Assembly: GCA_965250285.1 (NCBI GenBank)
Contig: OZ252299.1
Span: 1,088,001-1,152,000 of the forward strand
Source of the DNA: Myxococcota bacterium
Lineage (GTDB): Bacteria > Myxococcota_A > UBA9160 > UBA4427
Direction of reading: 5' to 3'
Length of the DNA stretch: 64,000 bases
Part shown: one piece after another, positions 9,994 to 20,141 of the stretch
Numbering within the stretch: position 1 is the stretch's first letter
Layout of the letters: each line of letters starts with the position of its first letter
Position numbers and translations under genes: made by a program
The notes under the pieces: generated by a model
What the model saw: the letters and a program-made list of their open reading frames with translations, nothing else
Databases searched by the model: none
Told to the model about the DNA's origin: nothing

Positions 9994-10009
9994 TGGCTGA
10001 TTTCAGCCA
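9994..10009. promoter_or_regulatory. Palindrome, candidate enhancer-binding (UAS) site
   Basis: TGGCTGA-TT-TCAGCCA perfect inverted repeat about 70 bp upstream of the -24 box. Confidence 0.45.
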
Positions 10010-10189
10010 TCTGCGTGAATTCGCGGTGCATCCCAACCAGTGGGGCGCGGCCTCAAGCCGGCTTCTCTGCAGGCCGATTTCGATGATCGGGATCGTGCGA
10101 CGCCCGGCCGCCGCGCCGTCGATGAACGGTGCGGTGCGGGCGCCTGCGGGCGCGCGGCGTGAGCCGCTCCGCGTCCAGGGAGGTGCACC

Positions 10190-11056
10190 GTGCAGAACGG
10201 ATTCAAGGGGATCGTGCTCGCGGCCTGCGTGGGTCTCATGGCCTTCGGCTGCGCGAGCGTCGACGGTCAGGGAGCGAGCGGCGATGCCGAGCTCGTCGAG
10301 ACGCCGCAGACCGTGAGCGCCGCGTGCAAGGTCAAGGTCGACGATTACCGCGGAACGGCGATCGTGAGCTGCGCCGATCGCGGCGGCGAACTCGATCTGC
10401 TCGAGGGCGACTCATACTTCAAGGCGCATCTTCGCGGCATGGCGAACCGAGGCGGCGCCGAGAGCTTCCAACTCTACGTTGCGACGCGACTCGATGCCGG
10501 CTGGGAGAACTTTCGCGCCGCGCGCGACCAGCACGAGATCCCGTTGACGGTCAGCAAGATCGACCGCAAGAAGAGCTGCCAGAGTGAAGAAGACTGCACC
10601 TACTACGAGCACTTCGGCGTGTCGTTCTCGCGCCCCTACCTCGAGGCCCGCAAGGTGCGGGGGATCTCGCTGCGCGTGCGCAGTCATGCAGGTGAGTCGG
10701 TGATCGAGCTGCCGGCAGCGTACGTCGAGGGCTTCATGAACCGCTTCGATGCGGCGCGCGGTGGTGCGCCCGCGTCGGCCCAGGCGGCGGCGACCGCCAA
10801 CCGCAAGTCGTTCTGCAAGGGCAAGTACGGGCGGGATCCCGAGGCGCACGCATTCTGCGAGAAGCAGGCGCGCGCCTCCTACGATCGACTCGAGCCCGCC
10901 CTTCGCCGCATGCGAAACGACTCGTTCACCCCCGAGGCCAAGGCGCTCGATGGCTGCATGAAGCGACACGGCAGCCGACTCGGCCTCGATTGGATGATGG
11001 TCGAGCACTGCTTCGGTCGAGCGACGGGCCGTTCGCCGGCGTCGCACGGGCAGTAG
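10190..11056 (+). CDS. Cys-rich lipoprotein of unknown function
   Basis: GGAGG RBS with GTG start; lipobox AFGC; paired cysteines; separate C-terminal Cys-containing helical domain. Confidence 0.75.
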   Translation: MQNGFKGIVLAACVGLMAFGCASVDGQGASGDAELVETPQTVSAACKVKVDDYRGTAIVSCADRGGELDLLEGDSYFKAHLRGMANRGGAESFQLYVATRLDAGWENFRAARDQHEIPLTVSKIDRKKSCQSEEDCTYYEHFGVSFSRPYLEARKVRGISLRVRSHAGESVIELPAAYVEGFMNRFDAARGGAPASAQAAATANRKSFCKGKYGRDPEAHAFCEKQARASYDRLEPALRRMRNDSFTPEAKALDGCMKRHGSRLGLDWMMVEHCFGRATGRSPASHGQ

Positions 11057-11060
11057 ATCG

Positions 11061-11768
11061 ATGAACGAGGGATCGCTCCACTCGACGTCATGGGCTGGCC
11101 GGGTCGCGCTCGCTGCGCTGGCCACCGCGATCGCGTTCGCGGTCGGTTGTCAGACGGGACCGCCCCCCACGCCCATCGACCGCGCGCACACCGCATTCGA
11201 CGCCGGCGACCTCGAAGCGGCGTTCGCCCTCTACGAAGAAGCTGCGCGGACACAGCCCCAGCGCCGGGCGGAGGCCCTGCACGGGGCCGCCCGCGTGCGG
11301 ACCCTGCGCCGCGATCCCGAGCGCGCGCTCGCGCTCTACCGGGCCGTGGCGAAGGCCGACGGTGACTACTTCACCGCCGCCGCGCGCGGTGACTACGCGC
11401 AGACGCTGCTGCTCGCAGGTCAGATGCGTCTCGAGGCCGACGAGCTCGCGGCATCGATCGACGCGCTCGAGGCCCTGCATCGGATCGATCCCGACTACCC
11501 GGGCCTCTCGAAGGCACTCGCCCAGGCGTGGACCGCGCACGGTGAGCAGCTGTCGATGCACGGACGGCGGACCGAGGCGATGGCGCGATTCGAGGGCGCC
11601 ATGGCGCTGCGTCCCCAGGCGGCCGAAGCGTGGATCGGGGCCGCCGAGATCCTCATCGCGACGGGCCGAAAGAAGGAGGCGCTCGCGCTGCTCTCGAACG
11701 CCAGTCGGTACAACCCCAGCGATGGCCGGGTGCGCGCCCTGACCGTTCAAGCGATGGGTGTCTACTGA
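11061..11768 (+). CDS. Tetratricopeptide-repeat lipoprotein
   Basis: Lipobox AVGC; TPR-like repeats (AMALRPQAAEAWIGAAEILIATGRKKEA). Confidence 0.8.
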   Translation: MNEGSLHSTSWAGRVALAALATAIAFAVGCQTGPPPTPIDRAHTAFDAGDLEAAFALYEEAARTQPQRRAEALHGAARVRTLRRDPERALALYRAVAKADGDYFTAAARGDYAQTLLLAGQMRLEADELAASIDALEALHRIDPDYPGLSKALAQAWTAHGEQLSMHGRRTEAMARFEGAMALRPQAAEAWIGAAEILIATGRKKEALALLSNASRYNPSDGRVRALTVQAMGVY

Positions 11769-11814
11769 CCGAGTGCATCCACGGCGCCGCCGTGGTGTCG
11801 ATTCAGCTGCTGCG

Positions 11815-13065
11815 ATGATCAACGTGTCCGACCCCTCCGATCGCCCTCCGAACGATGCGTCCAAAGCCGCCCCGCGCGGTTTGTCGGGCCAGGTGCATCC
11901 CGACTTCGCGCCGGTCGCCAACCTGCTGCGACGACAGCTGGCTCGAAAGCGAGGCGCCGGCGCCGCGATCTGCGTGATCCATCGCGGCGAGTGCGTCGTC
12001 GACATCTGGGGTGGTGCGCGCGACGTGGCTGGCCGCCCGTGGGAGCGCGACACGCTCGCGCTCTCGTTCTCGACGACGAAGGGGGTGGTCGCCACGCTGC
12101 TTCATGTACTCGTCGACCGAGGGGCGCTCGACTACGACGACCGGGTCGCGACGCACTGGCCCGAGTTCGCGGCCGGCGGCAAGGAGGCGATCACCGTTCG
12201 TCAGCTGCTGGCGCATCAGGCGGGGCTCTACGACGTGCGCGGCCTCGTCGCTCACGCGAGTGAGTTGCTCGACTGGGAGCACATGGTGACGACCCTCGAG
12301 GCCGCGTCGCCTGCGCACGCGCCGGGTGCGCACCACGGCTACCACGGCCTCACCTGGGGCTGGCTTGTCGGCGAGCTGATCCGCCGCGTCTCGGGCAGCG
12401 GCGTCTCGGAGGGGGTGCAGGCCGAGATCGCGCGGCCGCTGCGCCTCGACGGGCTCTACGTCGGTCGATTGCCTGCCGACGCGCGACTGCGCCGCGCCGA
12501 TCTGCTCGATCACCGAATGGGGACGCAGCCCCTCGAGGCCGCGCGCCGCCAGGCGAGACGACTCGGACGGGGGCTGCGCGCGGTAGGCGCGCCGTTCGAC
12601 GTGTCGTGTCTCGAGGGGGCGTTGCTGCCGCCCGGGATCGAAGAGCTCGACTGGAACTCGGACGCGATCGCCGATGCCTGTATCCCCGCGGCGAACGGCT
12701 ACTTCGACGCGCGGTCGCTGGCGCGCATGTACGCGGTGCTGGCGGCCGGCGGGGAACGCGACGGCGTGAAGCTCGTGCGGCCCGAGACCCAGGAGCGGTT
12801 CGCGCAGGTGCAGATGCGCGGCCTCGGTCGCGTGGTGCCCTTCCCGATGAACTGGCGGCTCGGCTACCACCGCATTCCCGTGCCGGGGCGCGTCGGGCCG
12901 CGGCCCTTCGGCCATTTCGGCTTCGGGGGCTCGGGCGCCTGGGCGGATCCGCAACGCGATCTGGCCGTCGCCTGCGTGCTGAACTCGGGCGTGGGCACGC
13001 CCTTCGCCGACACGCGCATCGTGCGGCTCGGCGTGACGGCATCGCGCATCGCCGACCGGCGGTAG
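11815..13065 (+). CDS. Serine hydrolase, beta-lactamase class C / EstA family
   Basis: FSTTKG (SxxK), LLAHQAG, YHG and FGHFGFGGS motifs; start codon uncertain. Confidence 0.9.
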   Translation: MINVSDPSDRPPNDASKAAPRGLSGQVHPDFAPVANLLRRQLARKRGAGAAICVIHRGECVVDIWGGARDVAGRPWERDTLALSFSTTKGVVATLLHVLVDRGALDYDDRVATHWPEFAAGGKEAITVRQLLAHQAGLYDVRGLVAHASELLDWEHMVTTLEAASPAHAPGAHHGYHGLTWGWLVGELIRRVSGSGVSEGVQAEIARPLRLDGLYVGRLPADARLRRADLLDHRMGTQPLEAARRQARRLGRGLRAVGAPFDVSCLEGALLPPGIEELDWNSDAIADACIPAANGYFDARSLARMYAVLAAGGERDGVKLVRPETQERFAQVQMRGLGRVVPFPMNWRLGYHRIPVPGRVGPRPFGHFGFGGSGAWADPQRDLAVACVLNSGVGTPFADTRIVRLGVTASRIADRR

Positions 13066-13095
13066 GCCCGGCGGCACGCCCGAGGCGAGGTCGGG

Positions 13096-13932
13096 TTACT
13101 GGCTCTTGACCTCGACGCGCACCGGGATCCAGCGGTTCAGCACCTGGTCGAGCTGGCCGCTCTCGCGCCACGTGTCGAGCAGCCCGTTCAGCTGGTCGAC
13201 CAGCTCGGGGTCGCTCTTCGACACGGCCCACGCGAGCGATTCATTGGTGAGCGGCGTGTAGAGCCCCATCAGCTCGCGCTCGTCGATCCCGGCGCCGATC
13301 CGCCAGACGGTCGGGGCGTCGTGGACGAACGCGTCGATGCGCCGCGCGCGCAGGTTGCGCACGCCCTCTTCGACGGTCGAGAACGCGTACGACTCGGCGT
13401 TGCCGAGGTGTTCGGCGACGTAGGCCTCGCCGGTCGTGCCGTCGACATAGCCGATGCGGACGCCCGGCTTGCGCAGGGCGTTCGGCGCCGAGAGTTGCTG
13501 GAGGTCTTCGATGCGGATCAGCGCGAGCTGTCCGACCTGCAGATACGGTTGCGTGAAGAGCACCTGGCTGGCTCGCTCGGGTGTGATCGAGATGCCCGAC
13601 ATCGCGACGTCGACGATCCCCGTCCGCACCGCCGGGATGAGCTCTTGTCGCGTCATCGGCACGTACTCGATGCCCCGGCCGAGAGCGACCGACACGCCCG
13701 TCGCGAGCTCGGCCTCGACCCCCATCATCTCTCCGTCTTGCTCGAAGATGATCGGCGGGTAGTAGGGCGCCACGCCGATGCGCAGGGCCGGCTGGCCCTT
13801 CGAGTTCGATCGGCCTGCGCAGCCACTCAGGACTGCGACGGCGGTGAGCGCAACGAGGACGAGGGCGCCGATGTGGACGATCGGCCTCGTACGACATTCG
13901 GTGGCGGCGGGGCGCGGACTCGAGGGGCGCAT
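13096..13932 (-). CDS. Amino-acid ABC-type substrate-binding lipoprotein (family 3)
   Basis: Lipobox LSGC; YPP, ISITPER, FTQPY and DAFVHD motifs; no adjacent permease. Confidence 0.88.
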   Translation of the reverse strand: MRPSSPRPAATECRTRPIVHIGALVLVALTAVAVLSGCAGRSNSKGQPALRIGVAPYYPPIIFEQDGEMMGVEAELATGVSVALGRGIEYVPMTRQELIPAVRTGIVDVAMSGISITPERASQVLFTQPYLQVGQLALIRIEDLQQLSAPNALRKPGVRIGYVDGTTGEAYVAEHLGNAESYAFSTVEEGVRNLRARRIDAFVHDAPTVWRIGAGIDERELMGLYTPLTNESLAWAVSKSDPELVDQLNGLLDTWRESGQLDQVLNRWIPVRVEVKSQ

Positions 13933-14109
13933 GACGTCTCCTGCGGCAGAGCGGGGGCGCTCCTAGTCTCCCGCATCCCGAGCGATTGGAAAGGGGGCGG
14001 GCCGCCGCAGCGGGTCTCTTCGGGTGCTTTCGCCCCGGCCAGCGGGTACGCTCGGAAGCCCGCCGCGCCGCGACGGAGCGGTCGCGCGAGGGGAGGGGGG
14101 CGAGCCCAG

Positions 14110-14877
14110 ATGATCAAGCTGTGCTGTTTCGTGAAGCGCAAGCCCGGCATGGACCGAGACGCATTTCACAGCCACTGGCTCGAGTCCCATGGCCCGCTGA
14201 TCCGCGACACGCCCGAGCTCGCCGATCCGCTCCTTCGCTACGAGCAGAACCATCGACTCGATGCCGACTACGAGCGCGATCCCGATGGCTTCGATGGCGT
14301 GACGATGCAGTGGTTCGCCTCGTTCGAAGACTTCACCGCCTTCGTGGCCTCGGACGCCTATCGCGACGTGCTGTCGCACGATGAAGCGAGCTTTCTCGAT
14401 CGCGCAAATCTTGCGCTGATCTTCGCCGGGCCGGCGAATCGAGTCATCGTCGACCCGGCCGCGCGCGCGGCCGCCGGCACGAAGCTGCTCTGTCTGCTGA
14501 CACGCCAGCCGAAGCTCTCGGCCGAGGCGTTCCACGCGCACTGGCGCTCGCCCCACGGCGAGCTGTTTCGCGACACCGAGACGCTCGCCCGGCACATCGC
14601 GGCCTACGAGCAGCACCCGCGGAGCGCACACGACTACGGGCGCGCAGGGGGCGGCGACGGGCTCGCGGAGCAGTGGTATCGCGATCTCGACGCGTTCGCG
14701 GCGTTCGTGCGCGAGCCGGCCCAGGCGGAACTGATCCGGCCCGACGAGGATCGATTCATCGACCGGGCGGCGATCCGGTACGTCCTGACGGGCCCGGCCG
14801 ACGTCATCATCGACGACCACGACCACGACCGCGACGCGCTCGAAGCCGGCGCGGTCGAATCGGAGTCCCAGGCATGA
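14110..14877 (+). CDS. Tandem EthD-domain (dimeric alpha/beta barrel) protein
   Basis: Two repeats: KRKPGMDRDAFHSHWLESHGPL..YEQNH..FDGV and RQPKLSAEAFHAHWRSPHG..YEQH..DG. Confidence 0.85.
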   Translation: MIKLCCFVKRKPGMDRDAFHSHWLESHGPLIRDTPELADPLLRYEQNHRLDADYERDPDGFDGVTMQWFASFEDFTAFVASDAYRDVLSHDEASFLDRANLALIFAGPANRVIVDPAARAAAGTKLLCLLTRQPKLSAEAFHAHWRSPHGELFRDTETLARHIAAYEQHPRSAHDYGRAGGGDGLAEQWYRDLDAFAAFVREPAQAELIRPDEDRFIDRAAIRYVLTGPADVIIDDHDHDRDALEAGAVESESQA

Positions 14878-14929
14878 GCGAAGAGAAGCCCAAGTCGGAG
14901 TCCCAGGCATGAGCGAAGAGAAGCCCAAG
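14860..14929 (+). repeat. Exact 35-bp tandem duplication spanning the EthD stop and pepN start
   Basis: TCGGAGTCCCAGGCATGAGCGAAGAGAAGCCCAAG at 14860-14894 and 14895-14929. Confidence 0.95.
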
Positions 14930-17575
14930 GCAGTCCACCGACTCGACTACACGCCGCCCGACTACACGATCGACACGGTCGACCTCGACTTCGATCTCGG
15001 CGAGCACGAGACGATCGTACGCGCCTCGCTCGGCGTCCGGCGCAACCCCGACCTGCGCGGCGACGCGCCGCCGCTCGTCCTCGACGGCGAGCATCTCGAA
15101 CTGCGCCGCATCGCGATCGACGGGGCCGAGCTGCCGACTTCGCAGTGGCACGAGGCGGACGACAAGCTCAGCGTGGATCGATGCCCCGAGCGCTTCACGC
15201 TCGAGACCGAGGTGCGCATCCTGCCGCACGAGAACACCGCGCTGTCGGGGCTGTACAAGAGCGGCTCGATGTACTGCACGCAGTGCGAGGCCATGGGCTT
15301 TCGCCGCATCACGTACTTCCTCGACCGACCGGACGTGATGGCGCGGTACAGCACCACGATCACGGCCGATGCCGAGCGGTATCCGATCCTCCTCTCGAAC
15401 GGCAATCGCGTCGACGTCGAGACGGGCCTCGACGGGGGGCGGCACCGCGTCCGTTGGGAAGACCCGTTCAAGAAGCCCTCGTACCTCTTCGCGCTGGTGG
15501 CCGGCGACCTGCGCTGCCACGAGGGCGTCTTCACGACCCGATCGGGCCGAGACGTCAAGCTCGAGATCTGGGTCGAGCCCGAGAACATCGAGAAGTGCGA
15601 GCACGCGCTCGGTTCACTGCAGCGTGCGATGAAGTGGGACGAGGACGTGTTCGGGCTCGAGTACGACCTCGACATCTACATGATCGTCGCGGTCAACGAC
15701 TTCAACATGGGTGCGATGGAGAACAAGGGGCTGAACGTCTTCAATTCGAAGTACGTGCTCGCGAAGCCCGACACGGCGACCGACACCGACTACGAGGGGA
15801 TCGAAGGCGTCATCGGCCACGAGTACTTCCACAACTGGACCGGCAATCGCGTGACCTGCCGCGACTGGTTTCAGCTCACGTTGAAGGAGGGGCTCACGGT
15901 CTTTCGCGATCAGCAGTTCAGCGGCGACATGGGGAGCGCCGCGGTCAAGCGCATCGACGAGGTGAATCTGCTGCGCGCCGCGCAGTTCCCCGAGGACGCG
16001 GGGCCGATGTCGCACCCGATCCGGCCCGAGTCGTACATCTCGATGGACAACTTCTACACGGCGACCGTCTACAACAAGGGCGCCGAAGTGATCCGCATGT
16101 ACCACACGCTGCTCGGCGCCGACGGTTTTCGCCGCGGCATGGATCTCTACTTCGAGCGCCATGACGGCGACGCCGTGACCTGCGACGACTTTCGGGCCGC
16201 CATGGCCGATGCGAACGACCGCGACCTCGAGCTGTTCGGGCGCTGGTACAGCCAGCCCGGTACGCCCGAGCTGCACGCGACCGAGTCGTTCGATGGGGCG
16301 ACCGGGACCTACGCGCTCACCCTGCGCCAGGCCTACCCCGAGGCGGCGCATCCCGTCGAGGGGGCGACCGATCGCAGGCCGCTCCACATGCCGGTGGCCA
16401 CTGGCCTGCTCGGCGCCGACGGGGCCGATCTGGCGTTGCGGCTAGAGGGCGAGGCGCGACCCTCGGCGCCGGGAACGCGTGTGCTCGAGCTGACCGAGGC
16501 CGAGCAGACCTTCGTCTTCGAGGGGCTCGGGGTGTCGGAGAAGCCCGTCGCTTCGCTGCTGCGCGACTTCTCGGCGCCGGTGCGGCTGCGCATGGATCGG
16601 CCGCGCGCCGAGCTGGCGTTCCTCTTCGGGCACGACGTTGACCCCTTCAACCGCTGGGAGGCGGGGCAGACGCTGGCGACCGAGCTGCTGCTCGAGGCAG
16701 CGCCGGTGATCGACGGGCATCCCGACTACACGTTCGACCCGGTCTTCGTCGATGCGATCGGCAAGGTCCTTGCCGACGAGACGCTCGATGGCTCGCTCAA
16801 GGCGCTGGCGCTCACGCTGCCGGCCGAGCGCATCGTCGGCCAGGAGATGGACGTCATCGATCCGACCGGTGTGCATCTCGCCCGGGAGGCGCTGCGCCGG
16901 TCCGTCGGGTCTGCGCACGCCGACGCCCTGCGCGCGGCCTACGAGGCGCGCAGCGGCGCGGTCTACTCGAACGACCGCGCGGCGATCGACGACCGCCGTC
17001 TCAAGAACGCCGCGCTCGCGTATCTCGCGGTGACGGGCGCAGAGGGGCTCGCGCTCGCCGAGGCGCAGTACGATGCGGCCGACAACATGACCGACTCGGC
17101 GGCGGCGCTCTCGTTGCTGGTCGACTTCGAAGGCGAGGCGCGCGACCGGGCACTGGCCCACTTCTACGAGCGCTGGCAGCACGACCCCCTGGTGGTGGAC
17201 AAGTGGTTCACCGTGCAGGCCATGTCGCGGGCGGCCGACACGATCGAACGCGTCCAGACGCTGCAGTCGCACCCGGCCTTCGGCCTCGACAACCCCAACC
17301 GCGTCCGATCGCTCGTCGCCTCCTTCTGCGCGGGCAACGCGGTGCACTTCCACCGCCTCGACGGGGCGGGCTACGACCTGCTCGCCGAGACGGTGCTCGA
17401 GCTCGACGGTCGGAACCCACAGCTCGCAGCGCGACTCGTGTCGGTGTTCAATCAGTGGCAGCGCTACGACACGGAGCGCCAGGCGCTGATGGGCGCGCGG
17501 CTACGGCGCATCGCCGACAAACCCGGGCTTTCGAAGGATGTCTTCGAGATCGTCGGCCGGGCGCTCGGCGACTGA
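14909..17575 (+). CDS. pepN: Aminopeptidase N (M1)
   Basis: GAMENKGLN, HEYFHNWTGNRVTCRDWFQLTLKEG and YNKGAEV motifs. Confidence 0.97.
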   Translation: MSEEKPKAVHRLDYTPPDYTIDTVDLDFDLGEHETIVRASLGVRRNPDLRGDAPPLVLDGEHLELRRIAIDGAELPTSQWHEADDKLSVDRCPERFTLETEVRILPHENTALSGLYKSGSMYCTQCEAMGFRRITYFLDRPDVMARYSTTITADAERYPILLSNGNRVDVETGLDGGRHRVRWEDPFKKPSYLFALVAGDLRCHEGVFTTRSGRDVKLEIWVEPENIEKCEHALGSLQRAMKWDEDVFGLEYDLDIYMIVAVNDFNMGAMENKGLNVFNSKYVLAKPDTATDTDYEGIEGVIGHEYFHNWTGNRVTCRDWFQLTLKEGLTVFRDQQFSGDMGSAAVKRIDEVNLLRAAQFPEDAGPMSHPIRPESYISMDNFYTATVYNKGAEVIRMYHTLLGADGFRRGMDLYFERHDGDAVTCDDFRAAMADANDRDLELFGRWYSQPGTPELHATESFDGATGTYALTLRQAYPEAAHPVEGATDRRPLHMPVATGLLGADGADLALRLEGEARPSAPGTRVLELTEAEQTFVFEGLGVSEKPVASLLRDFSAPVRLRMDRPRAELAFLFGHDVDPFNRWEAGQTLATELLLEAAPVIDGHPDYTFDPVFVDAIGKVLADETLDGSLKALALTLPAERIVGQEMDVIDPTGVHLAREALRRSVGSAHADALRAAYEARSGAVYSNDRAAIDDRRLKNAALAYLAVTGAEGLALAEAQYDAADNMTDSAAALSLLVDFEGEARDRALAHFYERWQHDPLVVDKWFTVQAMSRAADTIERVQTLQSHPAFGLDNPNRVRSLVASFCAGNAVHFHRLDGAGYDLLAETVLELDGRNPQLAARLVSVFNQWQRYDTERQALMGARLRRIADKPGLSKDVFEIVGRALGD

Positions 17576-17642
17576 AACCCGCGGTGGACCCCGCGAATCG
17601 AACACACACGGGCCCGTGCCGGGCCGAGGAGAATCATCCGAG

Positions 17643-18149
17643 ATGGCGAGCTTCTACGAATTCGAGATGAACGATATCGACGGGAAGGCGCGCTCCCTCG
17701 CCGACTTCGACGGCAAGGCGGTGCTCGTGGTGAACGTCGCGTCCAAGTGCGGTCTGACGCCGCAGTACGACGGGTTGCAGCGTCTCTACGAGCAGTACCG
17801 TGACCGTGGGCTCGAGATCGTCGGCTTCCCGTGCAATCAGTTTGCGGGGCAGGAGCCTGGGACCGATGCGGAGGTCAAGGAGTTCTGCACCGTGAACTTC
17901 AACGTCGGCTTCCCGATGTTCTCGAAGGTCGAGGTGAACGGCGACGGTCGGGCACCGCTCTATGCGTGGCTCTGCGCGTCCGAGGTCGGCCCCGAAGAGG
18001 CGGGCGACGTGAAGTGGAACTTCGGCAAGTTCCTGATCGGCCGGGATGGTCAGATCGCAGGGCGCTTCGACCCGTCGGTGGAGCCGAACTCGGACGAGCT
18101 GACGGCCGCCATCGAGGCCGCGCTCGAGCGCCCCGCCGTCCTCAACTGA
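17643..18149 (+). CDS. Glutathione peroxidase family protein (Cys-type)
   Basis: NVASKCGLTPQY, GFPCNQF and WNFGKFL motifs. Confidence 0.95.
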   Translation: MASFYEFEMNDIDGKARSLADFDGKAVLVVNVASKCGLTPQYDGLQRLYEQYRDRGLEIVGFPCNQFAGQEPGTDAEVKEFCTVNFNVGFPMFSKVEVNGDGRAPLYAWLCASEVGPEEAGDVKWNFGKFLIGRDGQIAGRFDPSVEPNSDELTAAIEAALERPAVLN

Positions 18150-18422
18150 AGGACGCGCCTCGTCTGGAGCGACGGACGCCCCGCCTCCAGGGCGATGGGC
18201 GCCCGGCGCCCGGCGCTCGAGACGACGGATGGGGCGCTCGCGTCGCCCGCAGCCGCACGTCGGCACGACCCAAAGCACGCCGGGCTTCGACGGGTGGCGC
18301 GGCTCGCGCTACCTATACGCCCGCCGCGGCCCCGGGCCCACGGCCGGCGAGCCATTGCGCATCCCGGCTGGACGAACCCCGCCGCCATCCACTCCTCCCG
18401 AGCGCCTCCCGGAGCCATCGTC

Positions 18423-20141
18423 ATGAAGGGCCTGAAGCCCGGTCAGCCGGTTCTGACCGTCACGAATCTCAAACGCAAGTTCGGCGACCGCGTCGTGCTG
18501 AAGGACATCCACTTCAGCTTGCAGCCCGGCGATCGCGTCGGCGTACTCGGCGTGAACGGCACCGGCAAGTCGACGCTCATGAAGATCGTCGCCGGGCGCG
18601 ATCCCGAGTTCGAAGGCGTGTGCGCCTTCGCCAAGGGGGCGACGGTCGGCTACGTGCCGCAAGAGCCCGAGCTCGACCTCGACAAGACGGTGCGAGAGAA
18701 CGTCGAGCAGGCGGTCGCCGACACGCGCGCTCTGCAGGCCCGCTATGAAGAGATCCTCAAGCTCTGGGAGGATCCGAAGGTCCTCGAGAGCGAAGAGCTG
18801 ACGAACGATCTGCTGACCGAGCAGGGTGAGGTTCAAGAAGAGCTCGAGCACCGTGACGCGTTCGATCCCGGCAAGCTCGACGCAAAGATCGAGCAGGCCA
18901 TGGAGGCGCTGCGACTGCCGCCCGATGACAAGGTGTGCTCGGTGCTCTCGGGGGGTGAGAAGCGCCGCGTGTCGCTGTGCCGCGAGCTGCTCGCGCACCC
19001 CGACGTGTTGATCCTCGACGAGCCGACCAACCACCTCGACGCCGACACGATCACGTGGCTCGAGCACTTCCTCGCCGACTACACGGGCACGTACATGCTC
19101 GTGACCCACGATCGTTACTTCCTCGACCGCGTGGCGACGCGCATGCTCGAGATCAGCCACGGCTTGATCAAGTCGTACGACGGCAACTACAGCGACTTCC
19201 TCGAGGCGAAGCAGAAGCAGCAGGAGATTCAGGACCGCACCGACGCGAACCTGTTGAAGGCCGTTGCCCGCGAGCTCGAGTGGGTTCGGTCGACGCCGGC
19301 GGCCCGCCGCACCAAGAGCAAGGCCCGTCTCAAGGCCTACGACCAGCTCGTCGAGGAGGCGACCAAGATCATTCCGGCGCAGGAGCTCGACCTGCGGATC
19401 CCCTTCGGCCCTCGGCTCGGCAGCACGGTCCTGCGGCTGCACGACGTTGCGAAGCGATACGGCGAGAAGACGCTCTTCGAGCACCTGAGCTGGGACATGC
19501 CCCACGGTGCCATCGTCGGCATCACGGGCGCGAACGGCCTCGGCAAGACCACGCTGCTCAATCTGATGACCGGGCGAGACGAGCCCGACGAGGGCAGCGT
19601 CGAGATCGGTCAGAACACGAAGTTCTGCTACGTCGACCAGACGCGGCAGACGCTCCAGGACGACAAGACGGTCTACGAAGAGGTCGCCGAGGGCAGCGAG
19701 GTGATCGAGTACGGCGACAAGGACCTCTCCGTTCGGCACTACCTGGCGCGATTTCTCTTCAGCGGCTCGATCCAGCAGACGCGGGTGGGCGACCTCTCGG
19801 GCGGCGAGCGCAACCGTGTTCAGCTCGCGAAGTTTCTGCGCAACCCGAGCAACTTCATCATTCTCGATGAGCCGACGAACGACCTCGACCTGATGACCCT
19901 GCGCGTGCTCGAGGAGGCGCTCCTGTCGTTCCCCGGCTGTGCGATCGTCGTCTCGCATGACCGCTACTTCCTCGACCGCGTCGCCACCCACATCATCGGC
20001 TTCGAGGGCGATGGCCGCGTCGAGTTCTGCGCGGGGGCGTGGGAGACGTACGTCGAGCAGCGCGCGGCGCGCGAGGCCGCCGACGGAGGGCAGGGGCCTT
20101 CTCAGGCCTTCAAGCACCGCAAGATCTCGCGCGCGCACTGA
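18423..20141 (+). CDS. ettA: ABC-F ATPase, energy-dependent translational throttle EttA-like
   Basis: Two ABC domains (GVNGTGKS, GANGLGKT, LSGGE, LDEPTN); RELEWVR..RRTKSKAR linker; no TM helices. Confidence 0.85.
   Translation: MKGLKPGQPVLTVTNLKRKFGDRVVLKDIHFSLQPGDRVGVLGVNGTGKSTLMKIVAGRDPEFEGVCAFAKGATVGYVPQEPELDLDKTVRENVEQAVADTRALQARYEEILKLWEDPKVLESEELTNDLLTEQGEVQEELEHRDAFDPGKLDAKIEQAMEALRLPPDDKVCSVLSGGEKRRVSLCRELLAHPDVLILDEPTNHLDADTITWLEHFLADYTGTYMLVTHDRYFLDRVATRMLEISHGLIKSYDGNYSDFLEAKQKQQEIQDRTDANLLKAVARELEWVRSTPAARRTKSKARLKAYDQLVEEATKIIPAQELDLRIPFGPRLGSTVLRLHDVAKRYGEKTLFEHLSWDMPHGAIVGITGANGLGKTTLLNLMTGRDEPDEGSVEIGQNTKFCYVDQTRQTLQDDKTVYEEVAEGSEVIEYGDKDLSVRHYLARFLFSGSIQQTRVGDLSGGERNRVQLAKFLRNPSNFIILDEPTNDLDLMTLRVLEEALLSFPGCAIVVSHDRYFLDRVATHIIGFEGDGRVEFCAGAWETYVEQRAAREAADGGQGPSQAFKHRKISRAH

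Noticed and set aside
17643..18149. Selenocysteine glutathione peroxidase
   Set aside because: The active-site codon is TGC (Cys), with no in-frame TGA
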